Notes: generated from the sequence alone by a model not told the origin. 64,000 nt of DNA from Octopus vulgaris (GCA_951406725.2 OX597833.1:53382001-53446000), one strand, 5' to 3'; shown: positions 1-13,315, counted from the first letter of the stretch. Translations and numbers: made by a program.

Positions 1-291
1 GGGGCGGGGGCGAGAAATAAACGGAGGAGAGCGGAGAGAGAACGAGAGACAAAGATAGAATAGTAGAGCGAGCGAGAGATAGCAGAGAGTGGGAGAGGGA
101 GAGAGAGAGAAAATGAAGTTAATGTTATCCTACGTATATTACAGCTTATATGGCTAGCCGTTAGATCGAAGGGTCTTATTTTCTCATGCTATTTTTTCTA
201 TGGTATTTTACCTTGAGCCTTCTTGTTTGTTTGTTTTTTTTTAAGACGAGGTTAGAAAGGGAGAATACATGAGTAAACCATTAAAACAACG

Positions 292-719
292 GGATCTTTT
301 CTGTTTGAACGGCAGTTTTTTCTAGCGGTGTCATATGAAATTGTCACCCATAATTATGACCCCAGTATCGATCTATTGCATTTCAATCTGTTTTAAGGTT
401 AGGGTTAGTTAGTGTTAGGGGGTGGGGGAAGGGTATCTTTTTTTCTTCAGAAATGTAAATAAACCCAATCTGTTTCTTAAACGAGGGACATATTCATACG
501 GCACAGAATGTTTTTTTTACCTCAATAGACGTCATTGATTGGTTGAAATTGCAGAAATTGAAGAAAAAATCAACAAATATCTTACAAACTATAGAATTTT
601 CTCAATAAAGCCAAGAGAAAAAGATGTTTTATAAACACATTCTACCAGTATACGAAGTTTAAAATTTTTTAGTTACCTAGAAATTATGTTAAAAACTGCC
701 GTTCAAACCGAAAAGATCC
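292..719 (+). mobile_element. Non-autonomous TIR DNA transposon (MITE, 428 bp), GG...CC termini, 8-bp TSD; Merlin- or hAT-like by TSD length
   Basis: TIRs GGATCTTTTCTGTTTGAACGGCAGTTTTT / AAAAACTGCCGTTCAAACCGAAAAGATCC; flanking direct repeat AAACAACG at 284-291 and 720-727; internal TTAGGG-like tract; further copies at 2549-2964 and ~2141-2368. Confidence 0.85.
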
Positions 720-1276
720 AAACAACGGCTCGGTTAATTAACATAGTAGGATCTCAATCTAGAAAAGAAAATTAACAAAACACGTCCTACTTGTTTCGCA
801 TGAGAAAAGGTTTTCCAACTGAAAAATACGAGTGAAGAACGATGTCTATTCTATAACGCTGGCCGAAATTCTACTCTACATCAGTTCGGTGTGAGCTCGC
901 TGTCTGAGGCAAAAATCATTTTGGTCCCTAACGCATTTGCTCCTGTCGTATGATGCTTTGAATTCGTTGTATAGCAGTTCCTTAGAGATCTGTCGAACGC
1001 GAAGCCATATTATTGTGCGTGTAAACAGTACATTCATCATTGATCCAGGAAACCACGGTACGCTTAACTGCGAACCATGTTATGCTTTTCACGGATTGGT
1101 CTATATTTGCACGGGTTGGAAATCAGTCAAAGATTTGCTTTGTTGTGCGAAAACGCTCCCCCGCTTCCAACTCCATTGCTCAGGTACCCAGAATGCACTG
1201 ATTATCGCTTGTGGTTACATAACTGGGCTGCGAGGTTGCGCATTTTTTATACGGACTTATGTATCGTACCCGTCAA

Positions 1277-1443
1277 AATGGATACAGAAAACAGAAAAAA
1301 TACGAAAACACCTGATCCTAACAAACCACGCAGAGAAGGTTAAGATGATTAAGAAAATACGTTGCGGTGGAAAATTCGCTGGTGTGGGCCGCGAGTTTGG
1401 TGTCAATCAATTTACCATTCGTTCCATATACAAAATGCGTTGA
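1277..1443 (+). pseudogene. Degenerate Tigger/pogo transposase N-terminal CENP-B-type helix-turn-helix fragment
   Basis: Translation KIRKHLIL...EKVKMIKK...GREFGVNQFTIRSIYK resembles the CENP-B/psq HTH; frameshifted and stops immediately afterwards. Confidence 0.6.
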
Positions 1444-1686
1444 GATGATCCATTTATCACTGATGATTCATTTATTACTGTTTTCTTCATGTTTTTAAAC
1501 AAAGTCCCCGTGATGAACCAATTTAGATGTCTAGCCAAAGAAAGAGGTTTTAAAATCAATTCATTCTGTTTAGATTATATTTATACAGAGCCGACACAAG
1601 TCTTAATGGCTTTTTTCTCTTTCACAGTCTATGATCTGGCATTTCTGAGCTTCTCTTCTTTTAGTCATCATTATTTCTGTGTCTTA

Positions 1687-2090
1687 AGGCGGCGAGCGGG
1701 CAGAAACGTTAGCACGCCGGGCGAAATGCGTAGCCGTATTTCGACTGCCGTTACGTTCTGAGTTCAAATTCTGTCGAGGTCGACTTTGCCTTTCATCCTT
1801 TCGGAGTCGATTAAATAAGTACCAGTTACGCACTGGGATCGATATAATCGACTTAATCCGTTTGTCTATCCTTGTTTGTCCTCTCTGTGTTTAGCCCCTC
1901 GTGGGCAGTAAAGAAATAGGTATTTCGTCTGTCTTTATGTTCTGAGTTCAAATTCCGCCGAGGTCGACTTTGCCTCTCATCCTTTCGGCGTCGAAAAATT
2001 AAGTGCCAGTTGCGTACTGGGGTCGAGCTAATCGACTGCCCCACCACTCCCCAAAAATTTCGGGCCTTGTGCCTAGAAAAGAAAAGATTA
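1687..2090 (+). mobile_element. SINE family B (tRNA-like head, Meta-domain-like core), one full unit plus a tandem partial unit
   Basis: AGGCGGCGAGC...GAGTTCAAATTC...GACTTTGCCTTTCATCCTTTCGG...GTAAAGAAATAGG; the same sequence recurs at least ten times in the window. Confidence 0.85.
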
Positions 2091-2140
2091 TTTCTGCGTC
2101 TTATCACCGTTTCCTCTTCCTCTTCCTCTGTAACGCCAAA

Positions 2141-2368
2141 ATTTGTTGTTTTTTTTTCTTCAATTTCTGTGATTTCAACCAATCAACGACGTCTATTGAG
2201 GTAAAAAAAATTCTGTGCCGTATGAATATGTCCCTCGTTTAAGAAACAGATTGGGTTTATTTATATTTGTGAAGAAAAAAAGATACCCCGCCAACTAACC
2301 CTAACTAACCTTAACCCTAAAACAGATTGAAATGCAATAGATCGATTCTAGAGTCATAATTATGGGTG
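2141..2368 (-). mobile_element. Internal fragment of the 292-719 MITE
   Basis: Reverse-complement match to the internal part of the 292-719 element; TIRs absent. Confidence 0.75.
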
Positions 2369-2548
2369 CACGCCAATCACACCATTTGTTCTGGGGATGT
2401 GGCCCATCGCCCCCTTACCTTTCATCTAGTTATTTTTACCCCACCCCCTTTTACTTTCTTTCCCATTTTGTCTTTTTGTTTTTTCTTCTGTTTCGTTGTA
2501 TTTAAATGTTATAATTTAAAATGCTATCTGTTGCATAATTGGCTGTAG

Positions 2549-2964
2549 GGATCTTTTCGGTTTGAACGGCAGTTTTTAAAAATAATTTCCGTATACTGGT
2601 AGAATGTGTTTATAAAACATCTTTTTCTCTTGGATTTATTGAGAAAATTCTATAGTTTGTAAGATATTTGTTGGGTTTTTTTTCTTCAATTTCTGTAATT
2701 TCAACCAATCAACGACGTCTATTGAGGTAAAAAAAACATTACTGTGCCGTATGAATATGTCCCTCGTTTAAGAAACAGATTGGGTTTATTTACATTTCTG
2801 AAGAAAAAAAGATACCCCCCCCAACCCTAACCCTAACTAACCTTAACTAACCCTAACCCTAAAACAGATTGAAATGCAATAGATCGATACTAGGGTCATA
2901 ATTATGGGTGACAATTTCATATGACACCGCTAGAAAAAAACTGCCGTTCAAACCGAAAAGATCC
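2549..2964 (-). mobile_element. Second full copy of the TIR MITE (416 bp), opposite orientation
   Basis: Same GGATCTTTTCGGTTTGAACGGCAG TIRs; internal (CCCTAA)n-like tract; flanked by a 45-bp imperfect direct repeat (2504-2548, 2965-3009). Confidence 0.85.
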
Positions 2965-3574
2965 AAATGTTATAATTTAAAATGCTATCTATTGCAGAAC
3001 TGGCTGTAGAAATAAACCTCAGAGTTGATCTGATGGTTTTGAAACATAAGGTGACAGGCGAAAGATATAACTTACTGTGCGGTTATAAACTGAAATTAAT
3101 TAAAATATTCATATATCTTCTTTTAATGTATAACTTTTATTTTTCGTTTAATCAATTACTGAGCATGCATACATACATACATACATACATACATACATAC
3201 ATACATACATACATACATACACACACATGTGTATATATGTGTGTATGTAAGTATGTATGCATATATATATATTTATTTATACTATTTTACTCTTTTACTT
3301 GTTTCAGTCATGTGACTGTGGCCATGTTGGAGCACCGCCTAAAGAGACCGATAGATTAAGTACTAGGCTTCCAAAGAATGAAATATAGTGAGCTGGAAAT
3401 TGATGTATGGAGATTGGGTATAAGGAAGGAAGGGAGACAAAATAGAAATTAATTAAAATATTCACATATTCTTTTAATAATAATAATAAACATTGTGTAC
3501 AGTGCTCAGGTGCACTACAACTCATCTAAAAAACTCATTTTGTTTTAATGTATAACTTATATTTTCGTATAATC

Positions 3575-3805
3575 TATTTCTTTACTACTCACAAGGGGCT
3601 AAACACAGAGGGGACAAACAAGGATAGACAAACGGATTAAGTCGATTACATCGACTCCAATGCGTAACTGGTTCTTAATTTATCGACCCCGAAAGGATGA
3701 AAAGCAAAGTCGACCTCGGCGCAATTTGAACGCAGAAGGTAGCGGCAGACGAAATACGGCTACGCATTTCGCCCGGTGTGCTAACGGTTCTGCCATCTCG
3801 CCGCC
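3575..3805 (-). mobile_element. SINE family B copy
   Basis: Reverse-complement match to 1687-1920. Confidence 0.85.
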
Positions 3806-3916
3806 TATCAATCCCTGAGCATTTCTTGTGTCGATACATACATACACATACAAACATACATACACATATGTGTATATGTGTGTGTGTGTGTGTGTGTAGG
3901 TATGTATGTATGTATG

Positions 3917-3957
<41 letters not shown>

Positions 3958-3961
<4 letters not shown>

Positions 3962-4149
3962 TCTTTACTCTTTTACTTGTTTCTGTCATGTGACAGTAGC
4001 CATGCTGGAGCACCGCCTTTAGTCGAGCAAATCGACCCCAGGACCTATTCTTTGGAAGCCTAGTACTTATTCCATCGGTCTCTTTTGCCGAACCCACCAC
4101 CATCGGTTGTCAAGTGATGTTGAGGGACAAACAACGACACACAAACATA

Positions 4150-4229
<80 letters not shown>

Positions 4230-4384
4230 TACGACGGCTTCTTTCAGTTTCCGTCTACCAAGACCACTCACAAGGCTTTGGTTGGCCCGAGGCTTTGGTT
4301 GCCCAAGGTGCCACGCAGTGGGAATGAACCCGGAACCATGTGGTTGGTAAGCAAGCTGCTTACCACACAGCCACTCCTGCGTCT
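3958..4384 (-). mobile_element. SINE family A (tRNA-like head, CORE-like CCTTGGGCAAGT segment, internal microsatellite, GAGTAAAA tail)
   Basis: Reverse-complement match to 9070-9490. Confidence 0.85.
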
Positions 4385-4549
4385 ATATATACATACATAC
4401 ATACATACATCCATACATCCATACATACATACAAACATACATACATACAAACATACATACATACATACATACATACATACATGCATACATACATACAAAC
4501 ATACATACATACATACATACATACATACATACATACATACATACATACA

Positions 4550-4580
<31 letters not shown>

Positions 4581-5027
4581 GCCTGCTCATCTAGCCGGCG
4601 GGTGGTATCATTCGAAAGCAAAAGTAATGCAAAGAACATTGTGACCAGCGATGTGTAACAACATCTGATTATCTGATCGATACTGCGATCATGTGATATT
4701 ATTACCAAAAGATAATGTTTTATATCCAACTTAATATGGATGACGTGTTAGAACACCGAATACTGCGTTGTTAGCCTTCAGTGACCCTTTCTTACAAGCG
4801 CTTGATGCATAAAAAGACACACAGTAATCATAGCAGGCGAGAATCATTTGCCAAGGGCGCCGGAATTCCCATATCATGTGATTTCATGCTATTGGAAATC
4901 ATCTATATATATATATATATATATAGAAAATAGTAAAAAGTGAAAAAACTACATATATATACCGGAGTAAACACATAAATGTGAAACAAGGTGGAAAAAA
5001 GAGTACTCAAATACCAGTGGTAGAGTA

Positions 5028-5166
5028 ATATGCTTTATTTAAAGCAGCAGAAAATTCAACAAAACCTGTTACTCTGAGTTTCCCGTTGCCGTTCATCGGA
5101 CAGTTTTTGCTGGAGACTCAGAGTAACAGGTTTTGTTGAATTTTCTGCTGCTTTAAATAAAGTATA
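5028..5166. repeat. Inverted pair of Penelope-type terminal fragments (~55-bp arms)
   Basis: 5031-5083 is the reverse complement of 5112-5164; the pair lies between (TA)n tracts. Confidence 0.8.
5065..5104 (-). ncRNA. Minimal type I hammerhead-ribozyme-like motif (U4C variant)
   Basis: Minus strand reads CTGT-CCGATGA-ACGGCAACGG-GAAA-CTC-A-GAGT-A-ACAG: stem I CTGT/ACAG, stem III ACTC/GAGT, GUA triplet; stem II imperfect. Confidence 0.55.
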
Positions 5167-5178
5167 TATATATATATA

Positions 5179-5477
5179 TAGTGGCGGACTGGCTAGGTTG
5201 CCAGGTTGTCCGATGGCGAGTGGGTCCCTACGTCATTAGAATCCATATACAGGGACCCATGTTAGTATCTAAGAGGGCCATCCCCTCACGTTTGAGAATT
5301 TTTTATTCACTCCTGGAAGAATGCATTAAGTATTTCAGCCTGGCCTTGTTCGTAGACAGTTGAAAAGAATACTTTTAACAAAACAAAAACAAAAAAACTC
5401 AAATGATAGCGTTGTAGTTGCTGGTAGGCCTCCTTAGTCTCTTGGCAACCAATATTTTTAGACCCAGTCCGCCACTG
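5179..5477. mobile_element. hAT-like MITE (~300 bp)
   Basis: TIRs TAGTGGCGGACTGG / CCAGTCCGCCACTG. Confidence 0.7.
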
Positions 5478-5976
5478 TGTGTGTAGAGAGAGAGAGAGAG
5501 AGAAAGTTATGACCGGGTCATAGAGTTACTCAGAGGTTTGCGTCCATAGAGCGCTTAGCTTTACATACGTCTTGTTTGATAGCCAGTGGCCTATAACTTC
5601 TCTTCAAAATAGAGGGAGAAAAGGCTATTAGGGTTTGACTAAGCGTCCATAAAGCTTTATGGACGCGAAACCCTACGAATGACCATAACTATGTTTCTCT
5701 AAATACTCTACTCTCTTTCGAATTTATGATTTTGTAAGCCTAGCACCTATTTTATCGATATCTTTTCCAGAACCGCTAAGTTGCATAATCAAACCAACAC
5801 CAGTGGTAGGTGACAGACACACACACGAGTCTAAAATAGAAGACACATCTTCAAGATGCCACACTGTGGAACTGAACTAGGAACGATATGGTTGGAAAGT
5901 AACCTTCTTACCATATAACCATGCCTGCGCCTCTAAAGCCATACACACGCACAAACACGATAGACATACAGTATGC

Positions 5977-6007
<31 letters not shown>

Positions 6008-6008
6008 C

Positions 6009-6130
<122 letters not shown>

Positions 6131-6406
6131 GTGTGAGCATGTATATATATATGTGTGTGTGTGTGTTTGTAGATATGTGTGTGTGTGTGTGTTTGTACAT
6201 ATGTGTGTGTGTGTTTGTACATATGTGTGTGTGTTTGTATACGACAGTGTTCTTTCAGTTTCCATCTACCAAATCCACTCACAAGACTTTGGTCGACACG
6301 AGGATATTGCCGAAGAAATTCGCCCAAGGTCCCACGCAGTGGGACTGAACCCGGAACCATCTGACTCAGAAGCAAGCTTCTTTACCACATAGCCAAACCT
6401 GCACCG

Positions 6407-6450
<44 letters not shown>

Positions 6451-6483
6451 TGCACACACACACACAATCACAAACACACACTC

Positions 6484-6520
<37 letters not shown>

Positions 6521-6891
6521 ACAAGCACACACACACACATACACACACGTACACGTACACGCAAACAGATCGTCCCTTATTCTGCTTCCGTAATACGGCC
6601 AAGTGAAGATGTCTGGTCAGGTAACGTGAGACATAAAGAAATCTATTGATGTTTTTCTTTTAATGAGACAAAGACCTACCTCCCACATGTCGTTATGTTT
6701 GGTGAGGAACGAAATAACATATTCAATGGCTATATAATATTTATAGTGTCACCTATCATCCATAAGTAAGCCTGGTCGCTTCCCATTGCACCTGCTTCCT
6801 TGCTGAAGGTGTGTCTGCTTCTCGGTGGACATGTGTGTGTGTTTGGGTTTACCTGTCAGTTTAGTCCTGCTTTGACGAATCTCTGTGTACG

Positions 6892-6942
<51 letters not shown>

Positions 6943-7566
6943 TTACGTGAGTGTCTGCGTGTGTGTATGTGCTTCGGTGTGAGTGTGTATACTTCTGTGT
7001 TTGTGTGTGTATGTGTGAGTGTATGTGTGTGTGATTGTGTGTGCCTGTGAGTGTATGTGTGCGTGTGAGTGTGTGTGCTTGTGTGTGTATTTGTGTATGC
7101 TTGTGTGTGTATGCTTGTGTGTGTGTGTAAGTGTGCTTCTGTGTGCGTGTATGTGTGTGTGTGTGCATCTGTGAGTGCTTTTCTGTATGTGTGTGTTTCT
7201 GTATATGTATATGTGCATATGCGTCAGTGTGTGCTTCAGTGTGCGCTTCAGTGTGCGCTTCAGTGTGTGTGAGTGTATGTGTGTGTGTGTGTATGTATAT
7301 ATCTATGTGTATATGTATGTATGTATGTGTGTATGTTCTGTGAATTTACTAATGTTCTGATGTGGAAACGCGCGCGAGTGTGTGTGTGTATTGGGCTGTT
7401 GAGTGTATATGTGTGTGCATGTTTATGTGTGTGAATATGCTTCTTAGTGTATTTAATGTTTGGGTGAATCTCTCCATCTACGCGTGTATACGTGCGAGTT
7501 TTTGCGTGCGTGCGATTGTGTATGTATGTGCGCGCATATGTAGGCATATGTATACATGTATGTATA

Positions 7567-7624
<58 letters not shown>

Positions 7625-7791
7625 TGTATGTATGTATGTATGTATGTATATATGTATTATGTATGTATGTATGTATGCAAGTATGTATGTATGTATGTAT
7701 GTATGTATATATGTACGTACGTACGTATGTATGTATGTATGTATGTATGTATGTATGTATGCAAGTATGTATGTATGGATGTATGTATTTA

Positions 7792-8035
7792 ACAATCCCT
7801 CGCCATATCGCGGTTCGCCTATCGCGGTTCGCCTATCGCGGTTCGCCTATCGCGGTTTATCATATAAGCTTACGTCGATTCCCCCGTGGTGTTGTTTTGC
7901 AATTATGATAAAATAAATTTATACAAATTATAAAAATAATATTAAAAAAATATACAGTTCTCTTTCTACTTCTCAGACTTTCACCTATCGCGGGAGTTTT
8001 GGAACGTAACACCTGCAATAGTCGAAGGATTACTG
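7792..8035. mobile_element. Tigger/pogo-type MITE containing a 14-bp tandem repeat
   Basis: AATCCCTCG... / ...CGAAGGATTACTG-TA termini; TATCGCGGTTCGCC repeated ~3.7 times at 7806-7857. Confidence 0.6.
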
Positions 8036-8103
8036 TACATACATACATACATACATACATACGTACGTACGTACGTACATACATACATACATACATACAT
8101 ACA

Positions 8104-8137
<34 letters not shown>

Positions 8138-8270
8138 CGACGGGCTTCTTTCAGTTTCCATCTACCAAATCCACTCACAAGGGCTTTGATTGGCCCGACG
8201 CTATAGTAGAAGACACTGGCCCAAGGTGCCATGCAGTGGGATTGAACCCAGAACCTTGTGGTTGGGAAGC

Positions 8271-8352
<82 letters not shown>

Positions 8353-8354
8353 AT

Positions 8355-8401
<47 letters not shown>

Positions 8402-8758
8402 CTAAACACTTATCCAAAGCGGTGCCCCAGCATGACCGCATTCTAATGACTGAAACAAGTAAAAATGATATATACGTACACGCGCGCGCGCACACACACA
8501 CACATGTACATATACATACATGTTTATATATATATATATATCTATTAATACATATGTGTATATATATATTTATACACACAAAGACAGACATACACACACC
8601 CACACACAGGCACACTTATTTATGATTTTGAATCCCATTCATGTGTCAGAACATATGCTTGTCTCACCACCACCATCACCACCACCACCACCACCCAATC
8701 CATCACCACCCTCGCCACCAGCCTCACCTTTAGTCATTTCTCTATTGTCCTTTATATT

Positions 8759-8812
<54 letters not shown>

Positions 8813-9069
8813 TCTGTCTCTTCATGCGGGTACACGCGGCAATGTGTATATACCTGAGCATGCAACAAGCGCTCGATCGCGCGTGCCGGGCAAGTGCGTG
8901 TATAATTGTGTATGTAACTTCATTTCATCCTGTTTTTTCATAAACACCAGCATCTGTACCCGCCATTTACGCACCGGATGGGCAAATATATACAGGCGCC
9001 TTGTAGCAGGTACATATTTTCTTCTTTAATAACAATAAACATTTTTTTTCTGGAATAACAATAATGATG

Positions 9070-9490
9070 AGGCGCAGGAGTGGCTGTGTAGTAAGTAGCT
9101 TGCTAACCAACCACATAGTTCCGGGTTCAGTCCGACTGCGTGGCATCTTGGGCAAGTGCCTTCTGCTATAACCCCGGGCCGACCAATGCCTTGTGAGTGG
9201 ATTTGGTAGACGGAAACTGAAAGAAGCCTGCCGTATATATGTACATATATATATAAGTGTGTGTGTATGTGTTTGTGTGTCTGTGTTTGTCCCCCTAGCA
9301 TCGCTTGACAACCGATGCTGGTGTGTTTACGTCCCCGTCAATTAGCGGTTCGGCAAAAGAGACCGATAGAATAAGTACTGGGCTTACAAAGAATAAGTCC
9401 CGGGGTCGATTTGCTCGACTAAAGGCGGTGCTCCAGCATGGCCGCAGTCAAATGACTGAAACAAGTAAAAGAGTAAAAAGAGAGTAAAGA
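9070..9490 (+). mobile_element. SINE family A, full-length copy
   Basis: A-box-like TGGCTGTGTAG, B-box-like GGTTCAGTCC, CTTGGGCAAGT segment, internal (TA/TG)n, tail GAAACAAGTAAAAGAGTAAAA; many homologous copies in the window. Confidence 0.9.
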
Positions 9491-9503
9491 GATGATGATG
9501 ATG

Positions 9504-9554
<51 letters not shown>

Positions 9555-9556
<2 letters not shown>

Positions 9557-9915
9557 TCTTTCTACCGGTGGCATTTGGCGAGTGGGGATTAGTCGATTAC
9601 ATCGACCCCAATGTTTCGCTGGTACTTAATTAATCGACTCCGAAAGGATGAAAGCTTACGTCGGCCTCGGCGGAATTTGAACTCAGAACGTAGCGACGGG
9701 CGAAATACCTGTTTCTTTATTACCCACAAGGGGCTAAACACAGAAAGGACAAACAAGGACAGACAAACGGATTAAGTCGATTATATCTACCCCAGTGCGT
9801 AACTGGTACTTATTTAATCAACCCCGAAAGGATGAAAGGCAAAGTTGACCTCGGCGGAATTTGAACTCAGAACGTAACGGCAGACGAAATACCGCTAAGC
9901 ATTTCGTCCAGCGTG
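9555..9915 (-). mobile_element. SINE family B tandem pair
   Basis: Two head-to-tail reverse-complement units. Confidence 0.8.
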
Positions 9916-9917
9916 CA

Positions 9918-10435
9918 GTGTTATCATGTACATTGTTTTTTTGTCTTGCTATAAAAAATGGACGACAGCAAATATTCTACTCCATACCACAGATTTGCTT
10001 GTCAGTTGCTTGACCGTAACCAGTTGAATATGTCCCTTTGTGACTGACGATATGTGCATCTCTGATCACGAGCAAAAGTAGTGGGGGAGCATCATAGCGG
10101 TGTGTTGAAAGGAATTCTGTAGGGTTTGAATAATTCACCACTGGAAACATGGGCATTTCATTCGTCATCCTTTAACAACCCTTATTCAGGGACCTTTTGA
10201 GCGGAATGGGCTACTCAACCTGAAGAAAATTCTAACTGGGCCCCACCTGCAAGGTCATGTGCTGTTTATCTTGATATGAGATCACCATGTCGCGCACATA
10301 TGGTTGTGATGTATGTGCCTGGTGTACCCTTATCAGACGGGTGGTCATGATGGGTATACTGGTCTTTGTATATTTTACCCCAGTGTCACTTTGATGGCAC
10401 GCACTGCTCTCTCACTCAATAATAATAATAATAAT
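9918..10435 (+). mobile_element. Non-LTR 3' end or SINE family D with (AAT)n tail
   Basis: Ends GCACTGCTCTCTCACTCAATAATAAT; reverse-complement homologues at 36215-36835 and 38860-38970. Confidence 0.75.
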
Positions 10436-10854
10436 GGTTTCAAATTTTGCCACAAGGACAGCCATTTTGGGCGGGTGGATGAGTCAATTATATCGACCAA
10501 GTGTTCAACTGGTACCTATTTTATCGACTCCGAAAGGATGAAAGGCAAAGTGATATTTTACCGCAGGGGCATATGATGAGGGTGACATTACACTGTAAGG
10601 ATACAATTTGGTGGTAGGGAGAACAAAAAATAAGGTGAGTGGGAAAAATAGGAATGGAATAAATGAAACGAAAAATATACGTAACACACAATATGTGTGA
10701 ATATATGGACGACGCAGTTCTCCAAATACGGGAAAGCATCCAGGGGTCAATTAAAAAACCCTACAGATCCAAGATCACCCGGAACAATAAGAGCATTATC
10801 TTCGGCCATTTTCCCCCTGCATGTGCTTATTAAGAGTAATTCCAATCACCCTAA

Positions 10855-11322
10855 CCTATTTCTTTATTAACCACAAGGGGTAAAACATAGAAGGGACAAA
10901 CAAGGACAGACAAACGGATTAAGTCGATTACATCGACCCCAGTGCATGACTGGTACTTGGCGAGCTGGCAGAACCGTTAGCACGCCGGGCGAAATGCTTA
11001 GCGGTATTTCGTCTGCCGCTACATTCTGAGTTCAAATTCCGCCGAGGTCTACTTTGCCTTTCATCTTTTCGGGGTCGATTAAATAAGTACCAGTTACGCA
11101 CTGGGGTCGATATAATCGACTTAATCCGTTTGTCTGTCCTTGTTTATCCTCTCTGTGTTTAGCCCCTTGTGGGTAGTAAAGAAATAGGTACTTAATTTAT
11201 CGACCCCGAAAGGGGGAAAGGCAAAGTCTACCTCGGCGGAATTTGAACTCAGAAGGTAGCGGCAGACGAAATACTGCTAAACATTTCGCCCGGCGTGCTA
11301 ACGTTTCTGCCAGCTCGCCACC
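10855..11322. mobile_element. SINE B (plus strand, 10959-11186) nested in an antisense SINE B
   Basis: 7-bp TSD GGTACTT at 10952-10958 and 11187-11193; the host copy resumes in register. Confidence 0.85.
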
Positions 11323-11324
11323 TT

Positions 11325-11815
11325 TTCACCACAGTCACACTCATTTGGAAAAAATTCTCTGGAAGAGAACACTTCTCTCTCCATTCTCACTTTCCTTTCC
11401 AAGTAGAATTTCAAGAAGTCAATTAGAATTTGATCGACAAGGAAGACGTCTGCTCTCAATACTTTCAGCCTTGTCCACCACACATCCTGTTTCGTTGTAG
11501 CTATCAGAGAGAGTAAAACTGGCTGCTCGGTATTGTTAGGTTTTGGTTGAGTGGCGGGCTATCTTCCCGACCGAATCAGCTGCTGGTCGGATCCATCCCA
11601 CATGTGACAACTGTTTCTACTTACACACATCGTCGTTCTGTGAGTGCGCTGGAGAATCTCGTTTAGCGGCGCTTCCGTGCCTGTAGAGGTTATCTCAACT
11701 AGAAGTGCCCCTTGATAGCACTATCAGGCCAGGGATTTCTGAAGTTATCCACAAGTAATCCATCAGAACAGACCAGCCAATTCGTCCTCGCCGAAGTCTA
11801 GAGTTTCCCTAAGGA
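11325..11815 (-). pseudogene. Decayed L1/Tx1-clade ORF2 C-terminal region
   Basis: Minus-strand translation QKSLA**CYQGALLV*DNLYRHGS...VWWTRLK...LIDFLKFYLERKVRMER resembles the post-RT region of Tx1/L1 ORF2; multiple stops. Confidence 0.6.
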
Positions 11816-11864
11816 TGTCATCGATATTACCCACTTGCACTCTATATATTGTTAAGTGGAACAT

Positions 11865-12453
11865 CTAAGTGGAACAATCAAGGACAGACAAATGGATTAA
11901 GTCGATTATATCGACCCCAGTGCGTAACTGGTACTTATCTAATCGACCCCGAAAGGATGAAAGGCAAAGTCGACCTCGGTGGAACGTAACGGCAGACGAA
12001 ATACCTCTAAGCATTTTGCCCGGCACGCTAACGTTTCTTGTTTCTTTACTGCCCACAAGGGGCTACACACAGAGGGGGCAAACAAGGACAGACAGACGGA
12101 TTAAGTCGATTACATAGACCCCAGTGCGTAACTGGTACTTATTTAATCAACTCCGAAAGAATGAAAGGCAAAGTCGACCTCGGTGGAATTTGAACTCAGA
12201 ACGTAGCAGCAGACGAAATACCTATTTCTTTATTACCCACAAGGGGCTAAACACAGAGAGGACAAACAAGGACAGACAAATGGATTAAATCGATTACATC
12301 GACCCCAGTGCGTAACTGGTACTTAATTTATCGACCCCGAAAGGATGAAAGGCAAAATCGACATCGGCGGAATTTGAACTCAGAACGTAACGGCAGACGA
12401 AATACGGCTACGCATTTCGCCCGGCGTGCTAAGGATTCTGCCAGCTCGCCGCC
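11865..12453 (-). mobile_element. Head-to-tail array of three SINE B units
   Basis: Three successive GGATTAA(G/A)TCGATT...GGCAAA(G/A)TCGAC blocks about 180-190 bp apart; only the last carries the full 5' head. Confidence 0.85.
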
Positions 12454-13098
12454 CGTTTTGTTTTAGTTTTATCGCTTCTTCTCGTTATGTGGTCTTAATT
12501 GTTTTTCATACTAAACTCTTTAGCATTCAAACCGGTCATGCCTGGCCAAAATAGTCTACCTGTTTCTTTGTTGTTTTTATATTCAAACGGAACTGATCCG
12601 ATCTCTTACACCTACCCAACAATGTTATTCTAAAACAAAAATAACAGTTACACCATCGAAATCTTTATGCTTCAAGATAACGCATGATTAATTCAAAACA
12701 ATGTGAATAGATAAGCATTACATTTGACGATGTAATCTGAATGCTGAAGGGTTGAAATTTTTAAAGAATTAAGCTTCAAGTCGATCGAGTGGGCCACTCC
12801 TTATCAATTTTTTACGAGCCGATATCAAACAACGGAAAATATATATTGTGTTAAAATTTATTTCCTTGTTTTTTGTTTGTTTTGTTTTGCTTTTTTAATA
12901 GAAATTTCGATCTTAAATGTTCAAAGCTTATTTCACTCGGTCGTTGGCGATTCGAACTCAGAACTTAGCGGTATGCAGTTATATACCGATTGTGCCACTC
13001 CACACACCTTTACGTAAGTAATTTCTTATTTATTTATTGCTCACAGGGGGCTAAACATAGAGGGGACAAACAAGGACAGACAAAGGAATTAAGTCGAT

Positions 13099-13315
13099 TA
13101 CTGCCACAACGACACCCTTAAAAACAAAGAAAGAAAAAGGAACTAATCAACCAGAAGGGTGTAGTTAAAACTTCTTAACCCCAACCTCACTCCCCTCCCC
13201 CCGTTAGCCCCTACTATAAAGGGTAACCACAGTGGGAAAACGCCTTAAAAACGTTCAACAAGCGCAGACCAGCTCCCTAACACGTGTGTTGTTTATTGTC
13301 GGCTTGTTACTTTGA
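13099..13315. mobile_element. Short unclassified interspersed element, copy 1, interrupting a SINE B
   Basis: TACTGCCACAACGACACCC...GGCTTGTTACTTTGA; same boundaries as the copy at 18661-18898. Confidence 0.7.

Noticed and set aside
937-1276. N-terminal part of the 168-aa ORF
   Set aside because: TTG start and no recognisable domain; only the last ~50 codons resemble a transposase HTH.
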